The notes beneath the pieces are model-generated. The model was given only the letters and a program-made list of their open reading frames with translations, searched no databases and had not been told where the DNA came from. The position numbers were made by a program, and so were the translations under genes. DNA of 63,140 bases, counting the filler, from Craspedostauros australis (Eukaryota), in assembly GCA_030167865.1 (NCBI GenBank). It is 14 parts of 14 records of this genome, joined end to end, with 100 filler letters (N's around TTAATTAATTAA, not from the genome) between each part and the next. Parts side by side here need not be neighbours in the genome. Positions count along the whole stretch, not along the records: positions 1 to 4,124 come from JALAGF010002266.1; positions 4,225 to 5,642 come from JALAGF010002267.1; positions 5,743 to 12,838 come from JALAGF010002268.1; 11 more parts are not named here. One strand, given 5' to 3'. Positions 1 through 9,900 of the stretch are shown here, piece after piece. Each line of letters begins with the position of its first letter. Position 1 is the stretch's first letter.

Positions 1-196
1 TGGCAATGATGGACGCATCATGCATGTGATCGACATGTTCGTTCCTTGAGTCGGCTGCCCATGGTGGTAGTACAGATCCTGGGTTAAAATTCCCGCTTCG
101 CGACTTCACTATATACGGAACAGGCACGCAGTAGCACGACTGCTGGGGGAAATGGACATGATGTGATGAGACTAACTGCAGACGCGCCGTGTTCCA

Positions 197-205
197 GCGT
201 GTTAA
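197..205 (+). promoter_or_regulatory. Putative primer-binding site directly after LTR-terminal CA (195-196); complementary to a tRNA-Val(AAC) anticodon loop
   Basis: GCGTGTTAA is the reverse complement of TTAACACGC (UU-AAC-AC-GC). The match is only 9 nt and the LTR boundary is inferred. Confidence 0.4.
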
Positions 206-362
206 TCTGCCTTCGCTTTGTTTGTTGATCTGTTGTTTTGAGCGTCACGGAACGCATTCGCTTTTCTCACAAAAACTACAATTCGCACGATTAACACACG
301 ATTACAACACAGACAACAACAGCAACCAAGACGAGTATACCAACGCATGAAAGACAACCACC

Positions 363-1856
363 ATGGCAGGAGCAGCAGCTGAGATACAGAACTACCTTCG
401 AAATGTGCTACTGTTTCCAGAAGATGCAATGGGTCAAGCGTTGAAGGAGCAAGGGATTGCGTCATTTGACGACCTGCTCGCCTTCGATGATGACGAGATC
501 CAAGGCTTATGCAAGACGATTCGGCAAGGCAGTGGCTACATTCAGAACCCATCATTCGTACCCTCAAAGCCAGATACTGGAATACCGACAATGATCAAGA
601 ATCCAGGAGTGCCTTTTGGATGGGTCTACGAACAGCGATTGCGACAACTTCGATACTTACGATTTCATTACAGCCGCATTCAACGGACTTTCACGTCTTC
701 GAACGCCACACTATCAAGATTGAAGAGTGTGTGGAGCCTGTTCAAGGAAGAGATACGCATCAAGAAAGCGGACCCTTTGCCAATACCAGAATTGCTTACC
801 AAGATCGAGAACGTCAGGGAAACATTGGAGGATATCAAGAACTATTTGGAGAATACGCTTGGAAGCAGGGACGTGCCTTTGGCATATGTCATTTGACCAG
901 ACTCGGCAAAACCAGAAGACAGATCTCCGCCTGTGATACAAGGATTCGGAGAGCCAACATTATTGGACGAACTCATTGATCGAGCACCACACATGGAACT
1001 CACCTACAGGACAGACAATGCTGCAGTTTGGCAAATAATCCGAGCTGTAACACATGGAGGACCAGCGTGGAATTGGGTGCAAGGATTCGAACGATCCAAA
1101 AATGGACGTGCAGGACATCAGGCATTGGAGCAACACTATCGTGGAGACTCTTACCAAGCGAGAACGAAAGCGTCAGCAGACAAGATTATCGCAGAGTCTT
1201 ACTTTGATGGAAAAGCACGAAACTTCACGTTCGAGACTTACACGCAACGACTAAACGCAGCCTTCGAGGACCTCGCACAAGGTGGTGAACCACAAGTCGA
1301 AGAGGCAAAAGTGCGACGTCTCACTCGTGGCATCAAGGATGACCGTCTCAAGGCAGCATGCGAAGTCGTACGTGCAACACCATCAATCCGATCCAGCTTC
1401 CACAATACAGTCAACTATTTGTCAGAATCATTGGACCAACGCACTGATACTGCAGTCAACAGACGTATCGCAGGACTACAAGGCAATAGTCCAAAGTACC
1501 GGCGTCGCTCAGGTGGAGGTAGAGGCCGGGGTGGCAGAGGTGGTCGAGGAAGAGGTGGTGACAAGAGCAAACCACAGTATGATGCAAATATGAAAGTCAC
1601 AGACAGATACTACGATCGAGATGAGTGGGCGGCAATGTCAGCATCGCAAAGGGCTCGTGCTATTGCATTAAGACAGGAACGTGACGCAAGACGTGGAGTC
1701 GCAGTGGTCAGCACACAGGGTCAAAGCACAAATCAGCGAAACGAGGAGGTGTCACAATTGACTTCTGCTGCCTCGGGAGGTGCCTCCACCAACCAGCAGC
1801 AAAGGAGCGGCATCGGTGCTTTCGTGACGCGCCGAAACCAACAAAGCCAGTCCTGA
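363..1856 (+). pseudogene. Gag of the CoDi-like element, interrupted by one in-frame TGA at 894-896
   Basis: ORFs 363-896 and 933-1856 are in the same frame with no other stop between them. PLAYVI* fits the usual PLAYVIR motif (CGA->TGA). Downstream are NGRAGHQALEQHY, an RGG-rich tract and DRYYDRDEWAAMS. Confidence 0.85.
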
Positions 1857-4124
1857 CATCAGGCGGGAGGGCGTCGCCGAACAGCTGCGACGAGCCAATC
1901 CCTTCCACCTGACACATCCAGGGCTGAGCTGGACTCACACGCTGACACTTTCGCTTTTGGACCATCTGCTTACATTGTGCATCGTACCTCACAAACTGTC
2001 ACAACATCACCATTCTTGGACATATTGGGAGACGTCGAGAACGTGCCCATTGTCACAGCGGCAATTGCATATGATGATCCAATCTCGTACACGACTTACA
2101 TTCTCTTCTTTCCTCAATCGTTATACTTCGACAATTTACAACATCCGCTGTTGTGTCCACATCAAATGCGCATGGCTGGCGTTACAATCAATGAAACACC
2201 TCTCACGATGTTGCCGGAGGATAAGCGCCATGCACACTCACATTCTATTCTTCATACACATCACGATCTGCATATTCCTCTTCAGCTACATGGTACAGTT
2301 TCATACTTCCATATACGCAAACCTACACAGGACGAGATCAGGTCCGATCATGATTGCGTACACGTCTATATGACATCCGATCAGTATTGGGATCCAGCCC
2401 AGCTGTCGACAGGGGACGATGAGGCGTCCATCCGTACCAAGCTTGAGTCAGAAAAGCAGATGCAACACATTTCATCACTTACATGTCAACGCGAAATACA
2501 TTCCATTCAACATGCACGTACCTCCAATCGAAAGGGGACGATTACGCCAGAGCAGTTGGCGGCAAGATGGCGCATCGGTATTGAAGCAGCACGGCGCACG
2601 CTTGGCGTCACAACACAATTGGCTGTCAGAGATTTCAGTACGACAACGGGGACACGTCGTTTGGTTCCATATGCAATGCAGCTTCGATATCGCCGCCTCA
2701 ACACCAAGATGTACACGGATACGATGATCGCGAAGACAAAGTCCATACGCGGAAACAAGTGTGCCATGATCTATTGTACGCCGTTTCATTGGGTCCGAGT
2801 GTACCCAATGGCAGCCAGACGAGAAGCTGCACAGACACTTGACGAATTGTTCAGAGACTACGGAATTCCACATACCATGATACCAGATAATGCGAAAGAG
2901 CTTGTCGAGGGCGACTTCAGAGCGAAACTTCTCAAGGCTCAGGTCTCACTCCGACCGATTGAAGCCTACATTCACAATCAAAACAAGGCAGAAGCGACAA
3001 TTCGTGAGCTCAGGCATCACTACCGCCGGCTCATGACATCCACAAATACGCCAGCATACCTATGGGATTATTGCTTCGAGTATTGCGCCGAAATCCGAAG
3101 CAACACTGCATTACAAATCTACGATCTGCACGGTCAGACACCAACGACAATACTGACTGGCGACACAGCTGACATCTCACACATTTCTGAATTTGGGTGG
3201 TTCGACTTTGTGTGGTACATCAATCCACAAGATGCTGAAATGAATACCAAGCATCTCGGTCGCTACCTCGGTCCTTCAAGAACCGTGGGAGAGGCAATGT
3301 GCTCATATGTTCTCACCCAATCCGGCGTTGTTGTTTCTAAATCTTCTGTGATTCCTTTGTCCGTCGCCGACCAGAACAGTGAAGTGATCAAGCAGAGACA
3401 GGCCGATTACATGTCCAAGCTACAGTCGAAATGGAAAGACCGAATGGAAGGCATCCAACCTGAAGACGACGGCGATGACGTCGATGATACCGCCGAAGAC
3501 ATTGCTTTCCTCGAACAACAACAACCTTTGCAACCATTGTCAGATTCTGCAGATGCGGAGACTGATGCATACGATCGATATCTATCTGCACGAGTGTTAT
3601 TGTCCACTGGCGATGACATGCAGTACGGAACCGTGAAACGTCGCAAGCGCGATGCAAGCGGACAGTTGATTGGTCGTTCTCACACAAATCCTTTTCTTGA
3701 CACTTCTATGTACGAGGTTGAATTCATTGACGGACACAGCGAAGTCTACAACGCAAATCAAATCGCGAACAGCATATACGCACGGATGGATGAAGACGGA
3801 TACACGACACTACTCATGGAAGACATCATCGATCACAAGAAATTACCAACAGCAGCGAATGCCAGCGACACCACCACAACTAAGACGACCAAAGGATGGA
3901 AGCTATGTATACTATGGAAGGACGGGTCCACATCGTGGATTCATTTGAGAGACGCGAAGGAAGCCGACCCAGTCAAGACAGCCGAATACGCAGACATCAA
4001 CAACCTTGCTCATGAGCCCGCTTTCCGTTGGTGGGTTCCCTACACTTTGAAGCGACGAAACAGGATCATTATGGCAAACCAGAAACGATACTTCAGACGA
4101 AACGAAAAATATGGCCTCGAGTTG
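1857..4124 (+). CDS. Pol (protease-integrase-chromodomain-like), in frame with gag after TGA 1854-1856; 3' truncated
   Basis: The frame is open from 1857 (HQAGGRR...AELDSHADTFAFG) into the 1977 ORF. There is no ATG before the protease motif. Confidence 0.88.
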
Positions 4125-4224
4125 NNNNNNNNNNNNNNNNNNNNNNNNNNNNNNNNNNNNNNNNNNNNTTAATTAATTAANNNNNNNNNNNNNNNNNNNN
4201 NNNNNNNNNNNNNNNNNNNNNNNN
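4125..4224. other. Artificial contig spacer (one of 13: also 5643, 12839, 13982, 36778, 39191, 40332, 44424, 46202, 47792, 56296, 60206, 61698; each 100 nt)
   Basis: N-run + TTAATTAATTAA (stops in all six frames) + N-run, repeated identically. Confidence 0.99.
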
Positions 4225-4882
4225 AGTCATCTCGCCACTGTTCCTGCCTCTCCCCTTTTGCTCTGTGTGCGGCTGTCGAGCACAGCGTGCCATCTGCATG
4301 CATCATTCTTTTCTCCTCGCGGTATACGACTACTTGTATCCTCGGTTGCAGCCATTTCTCACAGCAACTCTACTATAGTGTGTACAACGATTCCTACACG
4401 AAGATAGCTTCACCAGTCCCATGCACTTCGCTTGCACGCTCCCTTTCTTGGATCCGTTGCACTGGTCTGGTCCAAAGCAACACTTGTCAAGCAGCCAGAT
4501 TGGCTTCCTCCTTGGTGCCTCTGTATTCCTGGGTCCGCACGATGCGAAATCACGCCTCCAGTATAGTAGCAGTGGCTCATTCAGCACATGCAGTCTCACA
4601 GAATCTCGGCATCATTTCTAGAGACATCGTTGGCAACTACGACTGTGTGGACACAATGCGCCATGCACATACACTCCTCTGCAACGCTGTGTTGGTCCAC
4701 AGCAACATGTATGCTCATCGCCCAAGCATGCCATCACATTGTTGCGTCGTATCAGTTTTGGAGTCACCATTCCAGTGCCTCCATGCATCTCCACGTGCTA
4801 TCCAAAAGGCAAGACACACCACTACAGCACCAAGGGCTGTGAATTAAACCTGTACTCTATGAACCAATGTGTTATCTANGCA

Positions 4883-5642
4883 TTAGCTGTTCTGCTCTGG
4901 ATCTTCCACGAGCGAGGCAACCCAGGTTCTCACCTCCATTATGTTTGCCATTGTCTGGTGAATGTCGAACAAGGGGTTTGTGTGCTGCAACTCCAGTTGT
5001 GTTATTGCAGCTACCGAATACATTGCAAGCTGATGCCGCTCGTGAGCATGGCGCCACTTGTTGTCAAGACACCCCCAATTTTTGAACCTCTTGTGGACGG
5101 TCTCATGGCGGGCACGGACAACTCCATTGAAACGAGTGCGCTCCAAACAACATGCTGCCTCGCCTCTGTAGCCTTTGTCTGTGACGACCTGCTCACCAGG
5201 ATCCAGTTGCTGTCTGAGGCATTCACGGAAGATGGTGATGTCTGGGTATTCACCACAAACATAGGGTCCCCGCACCCACACAAGATGTCCGGTCTCAATA
5301 CACACACCAGTTTCGTATCGAAGCCCAGCATGTCTGAATTTGTGAGAGTACCAGAGCTTGTTGAATGGTTTTGGTTCAACGATGCGGAAATCCGTTCCAT
5401 CAACAGACATGAGCTGCTTTGCATGAGGCTTGGCATTTATTTTTCGATCATTTAGGAGTATCTGCAAGTGCAGGGAACAGGGTTGGAAGAAAGCATCGGA
5501 GAGTTGACAACGATGGTGAGTAAGGATGAGGTGTGGAGCAAATTGCAGCAGTCATCAAGGCACATGCATGCCACGGTTGACTTACAATTTTTGTGCTCAA
5601 CCTGCCCATCCCTTCCAGCATGATCCATGTCCATTTCATCAA
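4883..5642 (-). mobile_element. PIF/Harbinger (DDE_Tnp_4)-like transposase, C-terminal part; exons 5642-5586 and 5461-4883
   Basis: DDE motifs SVDGTD, YSHKF, TDKGYRG, RARHETVHKRFK. A phase-0 intron GTAAGT...TTGCAG (5585-5462) joins LMKWTWIMLEGMGRLSTKI to ILLNDRK. Confidence 0.82.
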
Positions 5643-5744
5643 NNNNNNNNNNNNNNNNNNNNNNNNNNNNNNNNNNNNNNNNNNNNTTAATTAATTAANN
5701 NNNNNNNNNNNNNNNNNNNNNNNNNNNNNNNNNNNNNNNNNNTC

Positions 5745-5826
5745 CAAGTGCGCATGAGAGAATAACGGGTGAACGATGCACATATACACGTACATCTTGA
5801 CATATACTCACATGTACATCTCGACA
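5745..5826 (+). repeat. 82-bp inverted repeat, left copy (partner 12757-12838)
   Basis: CAAGTGCGCATGAGAG...CATCTCGACA equals the reverse complement of 12757-12838 with one mismatch. Confidence 0.95.
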
Positions 5827-5859
5827 TCTCTAATCCGTCTGGAAGGTACTCATATCGAT

Positions 5860-6780
5860 GGATCTGGATATCATGTGATCCTGTGTGTGGCAGTACTGTG
5901 AGCTACGCATCAAACCGTATAGTAACTCGACCATTTGTGCATGTAAAATTTCAGTTGCGATCCAATCCAACACTACCACCACTCCAAGCACACTCCAAAG
6001 AGTACGGCAATGGAATTTGAAGTCTAGACTCTGGTTGGAAAGGATCGAAATCTACGGATGCAGATATCAAATGGAAATGACTGGCGTCGTTCATCTGCAC
6101 GCATGCCAATACCCCTTTCTGACGGATCCAAGACCTCAAACTCCATAGCCGTACCCTTTGGAGTGTGCTTGGAGTGGTGGTAGTGTTGGATTGGATCGCG
6201 ACTGACATTTTATATGGAAAACTGGTCGAGTTACTGTGCAGTTTGATGCGTAGCTCACAGTATCGCCCTCACAGCATTACATAACATCCTGATCCGTAGA
6301 TTTCGATCCTTTCCACATGGATATATCATTTCAACCTCTATATCCGTAACCTTTGGAGGAGGTTCGGAGTCATCGAAGTGTTGGATTGGAATATGATTGA
6401 CATTTTGTCTGCACACATGCTCAGAACGCTGTACAGCGCGATGAGTACCATTCCGTACTACTTGGTATCAGCATCCGTAGAATTGGATCCCTTCTAACCG
6501 GATCTAGGACTTCAAACTTGATGACCGTACTCTTTGGAGTGCGCTTGGAGTTGTCCAGTTGATTGGATCTCTGAAAACGGCCTGTGCAATGCATCGATAT
6601 GCACAATACTGCACAAGGTAATGCATACCGTGCAGTCGCGTCCAACGCAGCACTGCGTGATATCAGCATCCGTAGATTTCGATAACTTCCAGACGGGTCC
6701 AACACTGCAGGCTCCATGGCCGTACTCTTGGGAGTGTGCTTGGAGTGGTGCAGTTGGTATCATCAAATATGCTTGACCTT
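5860..6780. repeat. Diverged ~180-195-bp satellite-like array with an internal orientation switch (fold-back)
   Basis: A CCGTAC(C/T)CTTTGGAGTG(T/C)GCTTGGAG-like core recurs near 6149, 6344, 6525 and 6720, and inverted at ~5980-6007. ATCCGTAGATTTCGAT recurs at ~6292, 6473 and 6668, and inverted at ~6044-6059. Confidence 0.85.
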
Positions 6781-6989
6781 TTTGTATGCACAGTACACAC
6801 AGTGACTGAACGGTATCGCAGGATTGGACTACATGGAATCTGAAACTCCTCGCAGTTGGGTCTGGACCATCCCAAAGTAGGTACATGCCAATGGCTGATG
6901 TCAGTATGCAATATAGTTGGTTGAACCCTCTACTCGTATTCCACAGAACAGGATTCATCACCAACATTATAAACTTGTCTCGTCTACTC

Positions 6990-9900
6990 TAATAATAATA
7001 ATAATAACGCACAGATTATCCCCTCGCACGAGGGTTGCCTCGAAAGCTTTACCGTCGCCGGCGTACAGCGAACCCAAACGGGCCGACTGCGCTCGAACGA
7101 CCTACCTAGATCTCTCACTCCTTGGTCTACCGCGGGGTGCCATTTCCACGGGCCACATAACATACCGCACTGGGCACACAACTGGGTTGCGTTGCTCTTC
7201 ACATTCTTTTTCTGTCATGGTGGAAGACGCCGCTGCCGGACTCGACGACCAGTCACATCCTGCCGCAGCCCTCGCGTCGTCCTCTTCGTTTGTCGTCGTA
7301 CATGGTGCCCCTTCCCACGTCTCCGCCCTGCCTGCTGGGCTGCTCGGACATGTCGGACCCATTGCATTTGCCTTTCCGCCGGCTGTGCCCGCACTGCCGC
7401 CTCCGTCGTGTGTGTCAGCAGCCTGACATCATCTCCGCAAATCCCTTGCACTCCTTTGCGCCACTCCACTTGTACTGCCACCGTCGCTTCCTGCAGAGCT
7501 CGTGCCCGCTGAGCTGCCATCTCGTCATCATGCAGGACTTTGTTGCGGGCCGTCCATACCTTCCACCGTGCTTCCCATAGCCCTACCATTGCCCTCGCTA
7601 TCCAATTGTCCGGGTTGCCGGGCTGATCATTGGCCACCATGGTAGACTCTTGTATCCTCCGCCACTTGGTGGACCACCGTCCTCGTATCATCATGCCCCA
7701 CCCTATATCCTTTTGATCTGCCACCGCCTTCTGCAGCCGCGGGCCTCCCTCTGCGCCCACCTCATTGCCCTCGGTCCACGCCCAGACTTGCCTTACCAGC
7801 TCCTTAACCATCGGACCGTCGCCACGGGCTGCCATCATCTCACTTTCCCATTCCTTAAGCGCCTCTCGCCTCACTGCCACTGCCAGCGGGTGTGCGCACT
7901 GCATGACGTGTTCTGTCGTCTCCTCATGCTCGCCGCACACTGGACATTTATCATTGTCCCAAAACTTCCATTTGTACATGTTTCGCCCGACAGGCCCAAA
8001 GCTACACGCGTGCTTCGCCACCCATTTTCGTCTGGACGGCTGCAATCTTCCCATCGCCAGCTGAGCCGCTCCTACGTCGATTCTTCGCTCTTCGCCATGG
8101 CGGAGCCGGCCCACTTTGCGTTGCCATTGTGCCGTTTTCTGCCCTTGGATGAATTGGCGTATCAGTGATGAAGCATTGGTACAGACCTTCCTGTTTCCAA
8201 GCCAGACCGCCCACTCTCCTTTAGCTCCTTCCTCATCAGCATACTCGGCTTCTGGGAAATGCGCTGCTCCTGCGGCCTTGTCTACGTCGTCATTCCATTC
8301 CGCAAATTCGTCCCGTTGTACCCCTCGATCCCTTTCGAGCTGATGGCCGTACACGTGCCGATATTCCAATGTGACAGGTAGCCTCCGTTGGATACTCCGT
8401 ATCTCCCGGAGCACATCGAAGTGTTGTACAGCGATGCCTACATCCCGAGTATACTGTATCGCGTGGATTCCTGCCATCTTGTTGTCACACGCCACTATCA
8501 CCATCTTGCCTGTTACCGCCTGCGCTGCCCCAAAGCTTTCGATAATCGATTCCACTTTGCGGAGCGCCTGCAATATGCCACCCAATTCCGCGCGGTAAGC
8601 ACTCTGCACCCCTTCTCTCCCTGGTACCTTTCCTGCAGCGGCCACCAGTCCTCGTCGCCGTCCTTTGACATCGAGTGAATACGCCGCCGTGCTTCTCCCT
8701 TGCTTGTAGGACCCGTCGGTACTAACTACGGCCTTGCCTTGCATGACCGCCTGTAACCATTTGCCTTCGAGCTGTTGCAGTCGCGTGGCCCTTTTCGCCT
8801 GGCTCCGCCGCGCTCTTCCTCCTGTCCCTACTACTCGCAGTCGCCCTCCCCGCTCTCGCACATAAACCACTCTCCATTCTTCCGGTGGTAAGACCGCGGT
8901 ACACTCCGTTCGCGTATACTCCTCCATACCTGGTATCGCTTCATCGTTGGCGCGCCACAGTCTCCATTCATGTCCTCCTTCTCGCACCCACAGCACCTGT
9001 TTGTCTTCGCTCCTTATCGTGCTAACTTGTTCAACGTCCCACATCGTCCCTGTTCTCGCTGTCGCCGCCACTCTCCTCAGAGCTTGGTCCCACAGCGCCC
9101 AGTCTTTCGCTGGCACATCTCCCTGCCGTGGCCATCCAACATGCCGCCTTCCCCGCCATCGGCCTTTGTCGTTGTCCTGCCGTCCCGCCATCGCTCGTTT
9201 ACTCTTGGCTTCGATCACATCAGCAACGCTGACCGCCTTCATGATTATCCTGCATCGGTTCAACCGCACCTGCTGCGCTCTGTTGTACCCTGCATCTCGG
9301 AACGCCACCATTAGCCATTCGTCCTCATCGTGTGCGGGTGCCGCTGTTTCAGTTTTCTCCCGAATCCGGATCCCGTACTCACTCGCTTCCTGCCACACAG
9401 TTTTGACCCAGCTTTGCGTCGCCAAAATCTCCCACGCTTTGTAATCGACCTCGAACATAGACGTACCCACTCCCACTTCCGTCTTCATTGCCTGGATACA
9501 CCCTCGTAGGAGCTTTCCAGTCATCGTCATTCTCTCCCCATGTTCGAGCACCATCTTTACATGCTCTGTCACCTGTGTTGTGTGCAGCTCGTGCAAGTCT
9601 GCTCCGAGCCACCCTGCTGATGCGTATGCCATTTCCCTCGGGAACCCTTTGTTAAACCCCACCTTGGACATCATAGCCTTCCACACTGGCTTCATTATTC
9701 CGCCGCACTGGTCTCGTGATAGTTGAGCCACTGGCAATACATACTCCAGTTTCTTCATCAGTACTGTTCGTAGTGCCGTTTCCGCGTCGGCTTGGCGCAT
9801 TCTCCACGTTCTCACTTGCTCCACCCATTTCTCAGCTTTGCCTTGCAACGCTTCTTCAATCGCCGCCCCATTGCCATCCGGCGCTAGCTTCACTCCCAAT

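Larger units (their letters stand above)
1..4124 (+). mobile_element. CoDi-like Ty1/copia LTR retrotransposon, 5' part (LTR end, gag, PR, IN, chromodomain-like region); cut by the contig end before RT
   Basis: Domain order is gag (363-1856), protease motif ELDSHADT (~1926-1949), integrase (YTDTM...IPDNAKE...HNQNKAE), then WKDGSTSW/EPAFRWW. PR-IN-(RT) is the copia order and these motifs are typical of diatom CoDi elements. Confidence 0.9.

Noticed and set aside
4225..4847. 186-aa + strand ORF and a possible decayed minus-strand coding remnant
   Set aside because: The minus frame has many TGA/TAG stops and no identifiable motif. The + ORF looks like its antisense shadow.
7008..7214. Self-cleaving ribozyme in the LINE 3' UTR
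   Set aside because: I could not build an HDV-like or hammerhead fold by eye, and such ribozymes normally sit at the 5' end, which is missing here.
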